This document shows positions 11,850 to 22,848 of a stretch of DNA of 64,000 nt, piece after piece. The stretch spans positions 44,330,001-44,394,000 of the forward strand of contig NC_087453.1 in assembly GCF_036321535.1 (NCBI RefSeq), given 5' to 3'. The notes under the pieces were generated by a model that made no database searches, was not told the DNA's origin, and saw only the letters and a list, made by a program, of their open reading frames with translations. Both the position numbers and the translations under genes were made by a program. The DNA is from Camelus dromedarius (taxonomy: Eukaryota). The first letter of the stretch is position 1. Each line of letters begins with the position of its first letter.

Positions 11850-12272
11850 GCTGGGTCCCCCCAGATTTATCTGTTGAAGTCCTACTTAGGTTTAGATGAG
11901 GTCACGAGATTGAAGCGCCCTTGATAGGATTAGTGCCCTATAGTAAGAGGAAGCGGTCAGATCAGAGCCCTGTCTCCCTGGGAGAGGGCGACTGTCTGCA
12001 AACCAGGAAGGGGCTCAGAGGTCGCAGCTTCTGAACCTGATCTTGGACCTCCAGTCTCCAGAACAGTGAGAGAGAAATGTCTGTGGTTTAAGCCACCCAG
12101 TCTGTGGTGTTTTGGGTTTGTTTGTTTGTCTTGAGGGGGAGGTAATTAGGTTCATTTATTTATTTTCGTGGAGGCACCAGGGATTGAACCCAGGACCCTG
12201 GGCACGCTAGGCACATGCTCTGCCACTGAGCTGTACCCTCCCACAATCTGTGCTATTTTGTTGAAACAGTTT
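11850..12272 (+). mobile_element. MLT1B/C-like MaLR LTR, split by a SINE
   Basis: gatgaggtcacgag..ctgcaaaccaggaag..cttggacctccagtctccagaacagtgagag..tttaagccacccagtctgtgg..tattttgtt. Confidence 0.8.
12114..12243 (-). mobile_element. Vic-1-type camelid tRNA-derived SINE
   Basis: Reverse of ggagggtacagctcagtggcagagcatgtgcctagcgtgcccagggtcctgggttcaatccc with A/B boxes; TSD cagtctgtggtgtttt 12098-12113 / caatctgtgctatttt 12244-12259 (13/16). Confidence 0.9.
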
Positions 12273-12977
12273 CTTATACCAAACCGACTATGACATGGCA
12301 GAAATGCACATTGTTCCCCAAGTCAAACTTGAGGGGAAAAAAAAGTCAACTTTCAAGCAACCAGGATCTTATGAGTGTGCTTAAAAATTAGCTCCCTTTA
12401 CATAGGACCCAGGTTGGAGGGGCTCCCAGGGGACAAATCTGGAACAGTTTGAACAGCAAAATATATAAGGACAGGAATGATGTATAAAACATGGGAATCC
12501 ATGATTCCGTACTTACAGCAAACGGAGAAGCGAACGGGGAGCAGGAGGGCTCTCGCCTACGGCAGAGGGACCGGCTGGAAGTGCAGCGAAGGTGCTGCAG
12601 TGGGGAAGTCACCACAGGAAGGATGGGCTCGGGCAAAAGGCATCCAATCTGGGGCAGAAAATCTAGGGGAAGGTTGTGATGAGGAAGAGGATATTTACGT
12701 GCTCTTAACAGTGTCTCTCACAGATTGCTTATAAATAGCAAGAGGAAAAATCGTACCTCTCCAGTGAGTAAATCCAAGCTGTACGTTGATTGGAATTACC
12801 TTGACTCAAAGTCGACATTGCCGATGAGACCAGGTGGTCAGGTGCCCTCCAGAGGTCATGAGGTCATGCTCCGGAAGAAAGGGGACTTTTGCCTCCATGG
12901 TGTTCTGGCCAGGAGGGCACAACCTGAATCTAAGGATGAGGCAGCACCAGAAAAGCCTGAACAAGAAACATCCCCTT

Positions 12978-13211
12978 AGTTTGAGATTTGCAAATGTTAG
13001 CTACTATGAAAAAAAAAGCCCCTATATATAAAAATAGATTTTAAACAGTTCCTTCTGTACAGCACAGGGAACTATGTTTAGTGTCTTGTAATAACCTTTC
13101 ATGAAAAAGAATATGAAAACGAATACATGTATGTATATGCAGGACTGGGACACTGTGCTCTACACCAGAAACTGGCACATTGTAACTGACTCTACTTCAA
13201 TTAAAAAAAAA
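12978..13211 (+). mobile_element. Young 5'-truncated L1 3' end (camelid-type 3'UTR)
   Basis: tttgagatttgcaaatgtta..gcacagggaactat..cttcaatt plus A11 tail; perfect 15-bp TSD AAGAAACATCCCCTT at 12963-12977 and 13212-13226. Confidence 0.9.
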
Positions 13212-13588
13212 AAGAAACATCCCCTTTGAACAAGGAATTGTGTCCTTCCTGAAGGCCGGTGTCACGGAAGGCGGAAAGGCAGAGGAGCTGTCCCAGGTCA
13301 GAGACGAGTTGGGGGGTGGGGGGCGCAGCTCTGTGCAGATCTTGACCAGATCCTGTCCTGGGGGGAGAACTTCTCTGATGGACATTATGGAGTCAATTGA
13401 CAAAGTTTGAATGTGGACAGTAGATTAGATAAAAGAATCATATCAATGATAAACTTACTGAAATTAAGTGTGCCTTGGTTGTGTGAAAGAATGTCAGTAT
13501 TACTGGGAAGGAAGCATTGAAATATTTACCGTAGGTAAATGTAGGGCCATGATGTATGTAGCTTACTGTGGAATAGCTCAGAAATAAT

Positions 13589-13742
13589 GATGGATGGATG
13601 GATGGATGGGCAGGTGGATGGATGGGCAGGTGGATGGATGGATGGGTGGGTGGGTGGATTAGATAGCTGGATAGATAGATGGGGACGTAGGTGGATGGAA
13701 ATTGATGAATATAGATAGAAATTATATAGATAGATAAATAGA
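13589..13742 (+). repeat. Compound (TGGA)n/(TGGG)n/(TAGA)n microsatellite
   Basis: Directly visible. It sits at the gatggatagat seed of the L1MC 3'UTR; the unexpanded seed is seen at about 41430-41480. Confidence 0.9.
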
Positions 13743-13879
13743 GTGCTAAAATGGGGCAGAATGTTGACAGTAGGTGAATCTGGATAAAGGGTGTGTGGGA
13801 ATTCAAAGTACAATTCTTGCAGTATTTCTGTAAGTTTGAAATCACTTGTAAAAATAAATAAGCCCCCTTTGTTGATGGG

Positions 13880-14390
13880 TTGATTGACTCACTCGTTTGT
13901 GTATGAGTTTGTGGAAGCTCAGTCAGGTCCTGTTTTCCACACAGTGAGCCGCCCAGACAAGCCCCTGGTTCTCGTGAAGCTGCTGTTCTAGGGGGAGGCG
14001 ACAATAAAGGAACACGAGAAGTGTCTGATGGTAATCAGTACTACGGAGAAGGGAACTGGGGTTGAGGTGGTCCTGGGGGTCACAGGAGGGGGCCCGTTTA
14101 GATTGGGGCCATGGTGCGGGATTGGAAACCCAGCTATGGGAGGAGTCTGTCCAGTATCTACCGGGAAGAACATTCCAGGTGGGGGGACCAGCCCCTGCAG
14201 AGACCCACCGGCAGGGCAGAGATGGGCGTGCTTCTGGAGCAGAGAAGGACATTGCACCCGGGCTCAGGGACAGGGTGGGGTCAGAACTCGGGGCAGGGCC
14301 GACCATGTGAGGTCTCGTCAGCCACAGTAAGGCGCTGGGACTGTATGCTAAGCAGGAGAGGAAGCAGATGGGGGTTTGGGAGACTGGAAG
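13880..14390 (-). mobile_element. L2a LINE 3' fragment
   Basis: tgattgactcactcgtttg tail, gcccctggttctcgtgaagctgctgttctag, gggaagaacattccaggtggggggaccagc. Confidence 0.7.
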
Positions 14391-15278
14391 TGACATCAAT
14401 GAATTCATGTACCCAAGGTCACTCTGGTTACCTCGTGGAGTGTCATTTGTAGGGGAACACTGAGCAGAAGAAGCCAGTGGGCCCCCACGGCGGCCCCCGC
14501 CAAGCACCAGGGGCGGCAGCTCTGGCGTCCCTCCCCTGGGCCATCCTCCCTGCCCCACCGGTGCGACCGTCTGTAGGAGTACAGGTGACAGGACAAACAC
14601 ACTGTCTCCCTTTTGTCTTTTATACCAAAAACCTGCCTTTAGTGCAGAAACTCAGTGCCTCTCAGCAACTCTAAAAATTGACCAGATTTCTTTTTCCAAC
14701 ATTACTTTGACACATGCCAAGAATGACAAAAATGCATCTCTCTCCAAATTTTTTTCTTTTTTCTTTTTTGCTCTTGAACTAGTTTCAGGCCCGAGTGTTG
14801 GGGAAGAATAAATAGAAACCCAGGATGCGGCTAGAGAGGCCCGGCTCCACAGGGAGGAAGCCGCCCGAGATTCCAGGGGAGTATCGGGGGTCCTGGAGCC
14901 CCTAAAATCGGAGGGGGTGACAAGGGCAGTCTGTGCCTCGTGGAATATTTTAAAAGAAATGAAGGCTGTAGTTTCCTTGTTAATGGATTACCACCTCTGC
15001 TTTGACCCTATGTCATCATCCACCCTTTCCTAGAACCTGGAATTCTGAAGTCTGGGGAGCCAAGACGGTTTATGGAAGACCCTCTAAGTAGCCTGCCCCC
15101 TGGTGTCCAATTGCTGGGACTTCTCTGTAGCCGGACGGATGGGCCCAGCAACTGGGTGTTCGTGGCTAAGGGATGGGTGCTTTGTTGAGGCATGATCTTG
15201 CTGAAGTGGAAATGTGAGGCCAAGAGAAGGGGGCTCCAGTGCAATGGTGATTCTTTGAAGAGTGGGCAGCTCTTAGAT

Positions 15279-15419
15279 GGGGAGGGTAAGCTCAGGTGGC
15301 AGAGCGCGTGCTTAGCACACGCAAGGTCCTGGGTTCAATCCCCCATACCTCCTCTAAAAATAAATAAATAAGTACCCAAATTACTCCCCCCCCCCCAAAA
15401 AAAAATTAAAAGAAAAAAA
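15279..15419 (+). mobile_element. Vic-1-type camelid SINE
   Basis: ggggagggtaagctcaggtggcagagcgcgtgcttagc, B-box gggttcaatc 15331-15340, A-rich tail; perfect 14-bp repeat AGTGGGCAGCTCTT at 15261-15274 and 15420-15433. Confidence 0.92.
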
Positions 15420-15819
15420 AGTGGGCAGCTCTTGTAAGAGACTTGAAATGTGAGGCCGTGTGTTTGTCTGTCTGTCTGGCGTAGGCACAGAGGGACAACA
15501 GTGTCTCCAGAAAGATGCTGACCTGTGATGTCAGCAGTCTAGTTGGGTATTTTGATGGTTATGAAGAGTGGTGCCTTTCCTCTTCCCCGGGTGGGTTTAC
15601 CTGCCCTAAAGCAGTGCTACAACCAGGGGGCCTCAGGTTAGGGTCCGTGAAGCCAACTCGGGGGGGGGGGGCAGGTGACCACAGACAGACGCCCCACGCG
15701 TGTCTGGGGCAGGGAGGCTCGGCCTAGCGCGGCGAGCGGAGGGGAAGGGGGAGGGAGCTACTTCACCAGGGCGGTCTGTGCGTCGAGGAATCAGAGAGCT
15801 GGGGAGGAATGGAATTCTT

Positions 15820-15960
15820 TAAAAGGTGTAAGTAACTTTGCGCACATGAATTTGCATTTTGTTGCGCAAACAGAACGCTGCACGGCCCAGTCTTGCTGAT
15901 TTTAATTTTTTTGCAGTGTGAGTAGGTGAATCCATCATCCAACAGGGTCATTTAAGAAAA
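15820..15960. promoter_or_regulatory. Candidate enhancer with POU octamer and C/EBP palindrome
   Basis: ATTTGCAT 15850-15857 and TTGCGCAA 15862-15869, flanked by inverted TTTGCGCA/TGCGCAAA arms; unique sequence. Confidence 0.4.
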
Positions 15961-16306
15961 ATGGAAGGGAAGAAAGCAACGTTAGCGTGACTGTTGCTCG
16001 CTCTCTTACGTATCTTCGGTCCTAGTAAACGATCCCCCAGGGACCCTGACTTTGATTTTTGGATGTAGACACAAGGTCCTCGAGCAGGAGTGACATGTGA
16101 GATCTCACTGCCTGTGACCATTTATGGTGAAAGGAGACAACAAAAGAGATGGTTGCACAAGCCTGTGAATGTACAGCCATCCCTTGGTACCCGAAAGGGA
16201 TTGGTTCTGGGACCCCCTCGGATACTAACACCTCTGGATGCTCAAGTCCCCTGTAGAAAACAGTGTAGTGTTTGTGCGTAACCTACGCACATCCTTCCGT
16301 ATACTT

Positions 16307-17313
16307 TAAAAAAGTATTTTTTACTGAAGTACGGTCAATTTACAATGCTGTGTGAGTTTCTGGTGTATAGCATAGTGAATCAATTTTATATGTATATATA
16401 CATACACTGTCTATAATTATTGTACGTTATATAAAATATATTATATACTATAAAATATGTCTTTTATATATTTCATATATTGTGTATATAATACATACAT
16501 TCCTTTTCATATCCTTTTTCATTATAGGCTTTTGCAAGGTAGTGAATACAGTTCCCTGTGCTGTACAGGAGGACCTTGTTGTTCATCTATTTTACACATA
16601 GTAGTTAGTATCTGCAAATCCCAAACTCCCAATTTATTCCTCCCCACCCCCTTTCCCCGCAGGTAACCGTAAGTTTATTTTCTATGTCTGTGAGTCTGTT
16701 TCTGTTTTGTGAATAAGTTCATGTGTGTCCTTTTTTTTAGATTCCATGTGTAACTGATCTCATATGGTGTTCTTTTTCTTTCTGACTTACTTCNNNNNNN
16801 NNNNNNNNNNNNNNNNNNNNNNNNNNNNNNNNNNNNNNNNNNNNNNNNNNNNNNNNNNNNNNNNNNNNNNNNNNNNNNNNNNNNNNNNNNNNNNNNNNNN
16901 NNNNNNNNNNNNNNNNNNNNNNNNNNNNNNNNNNNNNNNNNNNNNNNNNNNNNNNNNNNNNNNNNNNNNNNNNNNNNNNNNNNNNNNCATCTTTTCGAAT
17001 TAGAGNNNNNNNNNNNNNNNNNNNNNNNNNNNNNNNNNNNNNNNNNNNNNNNNNNNNNNNNNNNNNNNNNNNNNNNNNNNNNNNNNNNNNNNNNNNNNNN
17101 NNNNNNNNNNNNNNNNNNNNNNNNNNNNNNNNNNNNNNNNNNNNNNNNNNNNNNNNNNNNNNNNNNNNNNNNNNNNNNNNNNNNNNTGACTGATGGCCAT
17201 TCTGGCTGGTGTGAGGTGATACCTCGTTATAGTTTTGATTTGCATTTCTCTGATAATTAACAACATCGAGCATCTTCTCATGTGCCAGTTGGCCATCTGT
17301 ATGTCTTCGTTAA
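16307..17313 (-). mobile_element. Artiodactyl-type L1, 5'-truncated (ORF2 C-terminus plus 3'UTR), containing two gaps
   Basis: L1 3'UTR in reverse at the left and ORF2 end at 17187-17313 (HLTPARMAI motif in the ORF track); 19-bp TSD cacatccttccgtatactt 16288-16306 / cacatcctcccatatactt 17314-17332 (17/19). Confidence 0.9.
16794..17186. other. Two assembly gaps (16794-16987 and 17006-17186) around an 18-bp L1 island
   Basis: Runs of N. Confidence 1.
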
Positions 17314-17526
17314 CACATCCTCCCATATACTTCAAATTATCTCTAAATTACTTATAATGCCTAATACAACGTAAATACCATGTAAATAGTTGCCAGAGTG
17401 AGGCAAATTCAAGTTTTGCTTTGTAGAACTTTTAAAAAATACTTTCAGTTCCTGGTTGGTTGAATCTGTAGGTGCAGAACCGGGGGGTGCAGAGGGCCGA
17501 GTGTATTAGAAAGGTTGACCAGCACA

Positions 17527-17592
17527 TTTTAAATGAGTGGAGGGTATGATATGTGAATCATATTTGAATAAAGCTGTTAGAAAAAAAAAAAG
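17527..17592 (+). mobile_element. Old L1M 3' tail stub
   Basis: ttaaatgagtggagggtatgatatgtgaatcatatttgaataaagctgtt followed by an A-run. Confidence 0.6.
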
Positions 17593-18089
17593 ACAGCAAA
17601 AGAGAAATAGACAGATTTGACATGAAGAAATCAAAATTTTAAAAGTCACAAAGGAGATGAAACACACACACGGGTGCTCATTGTCTTCCGTGGAATACAG
17701 TTCATCTGTTGTAGAGATTTGATGCTGGCAGAAGGGTCCCTAAGCTGGACCGTGAGAACAGCTTTCAGAACCAGGGACATACTGTCTTTAGGATTCTCAG
17801 TGGGGTCAAACATCTTCGGAGGGTGGCTTGCTTTTTGGAAACAGCTAAAATGATTCAAAGGTAGGTTTGGTGATTAAGCATGTGATCAAGCTGAGAAATA
17901 TCAACGCAGTAAAAGAAATAATAATAAAGTGCTATAAAGTAGGACAGCAGACATTTTCTTCAGGGAGATCTTGCACTGACTCCATACATGATAACCTTTT
18001 CACCAGTCAAATTAGCTAGTCTTCAGACACTGAGATTGGATGTCAAGATACACATGACCATCTTATGATTTGTGAACGACCCATGTGGT

Positions 18090-18235
18090 TGTCTTAGCTA
18101 GGTTCCTCTGGAGGCCCACCCCATCAGGCCAGTGAAGGGAGTGTTCACAGCAAGTGAACAACAGCAGGTGGGCAGCTGGGGTCCACTGTCACCAGGCGAG
18201 TCTGGGAGCTTCTGTGGAACATGCCCCTGTGTTAC
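18090..18235 (-). mobile_element. LTR16-like (ERVL) LTR fragment
   Basis: tgtcttagctaggttcctctggagg..gtgggcagctggggtcc..ctgggagcttctgtggaacatgcc. Confidence 0.5.
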
Positions 18236-18402
18236 CCAAGCCTGGGAGCGAGGGAGCCGGGGCGTTCATACACAGATTTGTGTCTCCTCTGTTGAGCGCT
18301 GCTGGACTGCCCTGCATGCGGGCTGTGGTGCCCTCCCCACCAGAAACAGAGCACTCAGGCAGAGTTAGCAGTGCTAGTAGCACCTACCACTTTAGTCTAA
18401 AT

Positions 18403-18588
18403 CAGTGCTGTCCGGTAGAACTTTCTTTGATGGAAATGTTCTATAATCTTCACTGTATAGTAAGACAGCTACTAGCCACCTTGAAATATGATTAATGTGA
18501 TTAAAGAACTGATTTTTAAATTGTACTTAATTTTAATTAAATATAAATAGCTACATACGTCCAGTGGCTGCTATCATGGACAGTGCAC
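18403..18588 (+). mobile_element. MER3 (hAT-Charlie MITE)
   Basis: TIRs cagtgctgtcc and ggacagtgcac; perfect 8-bp TSD GTCTAAAT at 18395-18402 and 18589-18596. Confidence 0.9.
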
Positions 18589-19563
18589 GTCTAAATCGAC
18601 TAGCAGAAAGCAAATCCCTCTTAGTCTCAAAGCCAAGCACCAAGATGACTGAAATAGGAGGAGTGGTACCTGAAGATGTACGTTCACTGCCTGTGACATC
18701 TTTGGTCTTTTGCTCTTTAGCTGGATAGGTTTTCAGCATCTCTTAGTGACACAGGTGGTACTTCGTGTGCTCAGCTGAAGAGCTGCTAATTCATGCAGTT
18801 CACGTCTTTCGCTGACTGCTGTAGGACAGTTCCGTGTCTGCATCCTAGCTCTGCGCACAGAGGAGGGTGACATGAGAGCCCTCCGCTGACAGCAGGTCGT
18901 GCCTGTAGGGACTCCCCAGTGCCCAGGCCAAGGCTGTGCAGGTAAATATTGTTGCAAGGGGGGTTCTTGGATAATTCACTGGGCTTGATACCTGTAATTG
19001 GAACAGTAGTGGTAGGCAATTTTGTTTAGTCCTTTTTAGCTCTGTCGTATTGACCAGCTCTTTCCTTTGGGGATGGTATGATTGAAGACGTCAATCAGAT
19101 CACTGGGTTTAGGGCATTCAGCCGGTTATTCATCTGTCTGAAGAGTGGGCTGAATTACCAACCATCAACTTTTATTGAGAACAGGCAGCAGCGATACAGA
19201 GCATACATGACGAATGTGTGGACACCTAGCTTCCCTCGTGCTGAGTGCCTCCCCTCCCTTGCCCAAGGCAGACATCGCTTAGCAGTCGCCACGCTCTTTC
19301 TCTGGACCCAAGATAGAACCTCTGGGTCTTTCTTAACACAGCACTTCTGGCAGACATTGCAGGTCAATCAACACTTATGTGTTTAATAAGAAACAATGAG
19401 TCGTTTCTGTCACACCTGACAGAAAAGAGTGAGCGATTCAGAGATCACTTATACGTAAGACACTTTTAATAGACTTTTTGTTGTTTATTTTTTTCCTGAC
19501 TCTGGGGATTGAGGGCAGTAATATTATAGCTTATTTCCTCTCCCCTGGCCCTGTCCCCTAGGC

Positions 19564-19742
19564 TAGGGCTCAGCAAACTACCTCTGTTTTTGTAAATAAT
19601 AAAATTTTACTGGACGTAGCCAATCGTTACATGTTGTCCATGGCTGTTCTTTTGGTCCGACGACACAGTCAGGACCGTATGGCCCACAAAACCTAAAATA
19701 TTTCCTGCCTGTCCCTTTATAGAAAATGTTTTCTGCCCCCTG
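19564..19742 (+). mobile_element. MER58A (hAT-Charlie MITE)
   Basis: tagggctcagcaaactac..gtttttgtaaata..gaccgtatggcccacaaaacctaaaatattt..gccccctg; degenerate 8-bp TSD ccctaggc/acttagac. Confidence 0.8.
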
Positions 19743-19994
19743 ACTTAGACTCTTCTTTTGACTTTTGTTCTGGGAGAAAAGCGTCCTTCCTGTTGGCTCA
19801 GGCAGCAGTTAGAAGACGCTATGCGTGCTCTCTCATGGACCCGGTGAAGCTGGTGAAACTTCCAATCTGCAAACGCTTTATGAACTTGATATATGGCCCC
19901 AGTGCAAACTTTTTAACCCCTGCATATCACAGTTAATTAGTTACAGAGATGGAACTTCTGGTGCACACTCTGTAAGCATGTGAACTTGGATAAG

Positions 19995-20215
19995 CTGGCC
20001 TTGGGGTCACATTTTGGATTTGCTGCTGAGTGTGTGGCCTCAGTCCAGATGGCCCCTCTGAGTTTCTGTTTCTCATGAATATGAGGATGTTCAATCACAG
20101 TCCTTGTGTGTGGCTGCAGAGATAGCTTTGCAGGGAGGGTTAAATAAGGAAATGGACTAAAAGTGCTATTCAAGCATCTCACACATAGCAGAAGTCCATA
20201 AACGGTAGCTCTTCT
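19995..20215 (+). mobile_element. MIR SINE
   Basis: ctctgagtttctgtttctcatgaatatgaggatg..gagggttaaataaggaaatg..cacatagcagaagtccataaacggtagct. Confidence 0.6.
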
Positions 20216-20338
20216 CAGAGCAGTATGTTTTAGTAAATGAGACAGTGGGCTTGGAGAAAGGGCTTGCTCAGAAGAAGTTCATAGCTGCCATGTGTGTGTC
20301 TTCGGGATGTTGTCTCTCTTTATACTTTGGGAACTCTG

Positions 20339-20685
20339 TTGTATTCGTTAGCTATAACTGTGTAACGAGCTGCCCTGAAACTGAGCTGTTTAAAATAGTA
20401 AGCATTTGCTGTAGCTTCTGAGTCCAGGGGTCCTCTGGGTGGTTACACCTATCTGGGTCAGGCTTAACCAATGTCGACTGAATTGGTTCCTGGGTTGTGA
20501 TCGTCTGGTGGTCCACTGGGTGCTGGCTGGATAGGATGGCCTCCTGGCCATGGAGCATCATTTTTACCACATTGTCGGCTAAATCAGGTCACAAGGATAG
20601 CCCAAGTTCAAAGAATAGCTCCTCTTGAAGATGGAATGAACTGAAAAATCCAATGGCAGGGGGCATGGATAGGGATGAATGAAGA
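20339..20685 (-). mobile_element. Old MLT1 (F-J type) MaLR LTR
   Basis: tgtattcgttagctataactgtgtaacgagctgccctgaaactgagctgtttaaaat..atcaggtcacaaggatagcccaagttcaa. Confidence 0.6.
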
Positions 20686-21360
20686 CCTGGGAACATCTTT
20701 GGGGTGGATCACGTTGGCCCCTTCACCAAGCCGATAAAAAGTCAATGAAGAAGTCACTGACGTCATGCCTCTCATCCACAGAATCACTAAAGTCAAGTAT
20801 CTGCATATTTTCAGCTACTGCTGTTTAGCTCCGTAAAGAAGACAGTGAGTAAGCCATCTTTACCGTTGACAGAAAGAAGCTATGAAGTGACGCTTCTGAT
20901 GGGAGGCTCCGCCTGGCAGACCCAGGCTCTCCCTTGCCCTGCCGTCCTTGCTGCAGACTTTGGCCAGCAGAGTGTTTGGGGAGACAGGACGTCCACCCGG
21001 GGTCTGCCTCCCACAGTTTGTTGTGTAATAGGGTCGGCAAACCTCAGGGCCCTCTGGCTGGTTCACACTGGGTTTCTCTGACGTTTTTACATGCACTTCA
21101 GCCCTTGGCTTCGTCTGTGAAGGAGCTGTCAAGCCCCCACTTCTCACACTGGTGGTGCTCCCTGAGGCTGTGTCTGCTTTTTGCGGCCAAGGCCACTTGA
21201 GAAGTGAAACTCATGGCTGGACCGGGTGCCATCTTGGCCTCCGGGATCAGGCGGTCCTGGGGGCCTTGCTGGTTTGATCTTATTGGCTCTTCAGTTCAGC
21301 CCGCTGTTCAGAGATGGACTGACTCGTGAAAGCATGAGGGGCTTGAAAGCCTGGACCCTG

Positions 21361-21500
21361 GGGGGGGGGGGGTCTAGCTCGGTGGTGGAGTGCATGCCTA
21401 GCGTGCCTGAGGTCCTGGGTTCAGTCCCCAGTATCTCTATTAAAACAAACAAACAAACAAACCTAATCCCCGCCCCGAAAACAAAACAGACAAATAAAAA
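21361..21500 (+). mobile_element. Vic-1-type camelid SINE
   Basis: ggtctagctcggtggtggagtgcatgcctagcgtgcctgaggtcctgggttcagtcccc..(aaac)n..cctaatccccg and A-rich tail; TSD degenerate. Confidence 0.9.
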
Positions 21501-21779
21501 CAGAGCTGGGGCCCTGGAGCCGACAGAACAAGGAAACCCAGCTCGGCCACTGCAGGTGTGACCTTGGGGAAGATGCTGACCTTGCCAGGTTGGGGCTGGG
21601 GTTTTGCCAGCAAGATGGGGGCAGTAACAGGGCTTGTGGTCTGGGGCTGCGGAGATGCCACGAGTTAGAACTTGAGCTGCCTCTGGCCTCAGCGTGTGGG
21701 ATGGGCGCTCACTCAATGGCAGATCTTGTCACTGAGGTTGTTTTTCTGGGTCTGACCCCAGGGGAGTAAGCCCCGTGGT

Positions 21780-22720
21780 GATTTCTGCGTTACATGCCCG
21801 GTGTCGCCTCTCTGAAGGGCTCTCCGCCGCCTTCCCGAGGCCGGGCCTGGACGGCCCCGTGTGAGTGCAGGCACTGGTGGGTTGCCATGAAGATGTCATT
21901 TCTGGTTCGCCCCGGGGACTTTCCGCATGGTGGAGGGGGCAGCTTCTCCTCAGCAGAGGGGCCCTTGCCAAGCTTCGAAAGAGCTGTAAACTTGCTGAGT
22001 CGTGGAAAGGCTTTCTTGGATGTGAAGCTCCCAACAAAGCAGGCCCTGTTTGTCATTAATTTGAATGGTTCCAGAGCCTCGTCTCAGATGCTCCCGCTGG
22101 GTTCCCGCGGGGCGTCCGTCGGGCCGGGGCCGCGGCTTGGAACCTCTCCGCTCCCCTCCTCCTCTTCCTGCCGGCCCCGGTCCGTGCAGGGCAGTTCGTT
22201 TTGTCTCCAGGTACCTGTTTCGATTGTTCTTCTCTCTGCTCTGCATCCGTGTGGGTGTTGGTGCCACAGAAGGGAGCTTGCACGTAAAGATCCTCCAGGT
22301 GAGAATCCAGGAGGAATTTCTTCATCCACTGTCTCTGAGCCTGTGTAACGATGTGTAGGACACAGAGCTGTTCAAAACTTCTCATGTGTCCTGTATTGTA
22401 AGGAAACGTGAGAGAAGCAGGTTTGGAAAACCGAAGCTTAAGCACAGCCGTGTTAGAAGAAACAGAAATTGCTTCCTAAGTGCTGGCGTCCACATTTCAC
22501 TTGGCTTCCGCGTGCTGTTGCCCAGAGCCCCACCCGCATCTCCCCACTGCGGAGAGCTGTGTGCTTAACCCAGGCCTGCGAGGGTTGCCAAGCGCTGAGG
22601 ACCAAGGGCCAGAAACCGGGGGGGCGAGCGCAGGGCTGGGCTGGAGGCGGCCTTTGTCGGGCCCTGACCGCGGGCCGAGCCGCTAGGATGCAGCTCCGAG
22701 TTAGGAACCTTGGAGTGTTT
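21780..22720. promoter_or_regulatory. CpG-rich orphan island or candidate enhancer
   Basis: CpG clusters at 21790-21930, 22095-22190 and 22600-22710 flank an AT-richer core with TGTCATTAA 22051-22059. No repeat recognised. CpG ratio not computed. Confidence 0.4.
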
Positions 22721-22848
22721 GCTTCGTCGTGTGTCACCAGTGGTAGATTGGGCAGAGGGAATTCCAGACAGAAATACAGTAAATTCTGAATAATCCCCAA
22801 AGGACTTCCTGTGACAGTGTATGAACCAAAGGGTGTTTGATGAAGTGA

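Larger units (their letters stand above)
12420..13860 (+). mobile_element. Old L1MC-type 3'UTR, fragmented by a young L1 and a microsatellite
   Basis: gacaaatctggaacagtttgaacagcaaaat, gatatttacgtgctctta, acaacctgaatctaaggatgagg, gtagattagataaaagaatcatatcaatg, and the tail ggtgaatctggataaaggg..ttctgtaagtttgaaat. Confidence 0.7.
16174..17503 (+). mobile_element. MER2 (TcMar-Tigger MITE) split by an L1 insertion
   Basis: TA|cagccatcccttggtaccc left TIR and gagggccgagtg|TA right TIR; internal ggatgctcaagtccc and aaattacttataatgcctaatacaacgtaaat. Confidence 0.9.

Noticed and set aside
15611-15633. CTCF-like CAACCAGGGGGCCT; weaker matches near 25735 and 48607
   Set aside because: Mismatches at key positions, and partial matches are common in GC-rich DNA.
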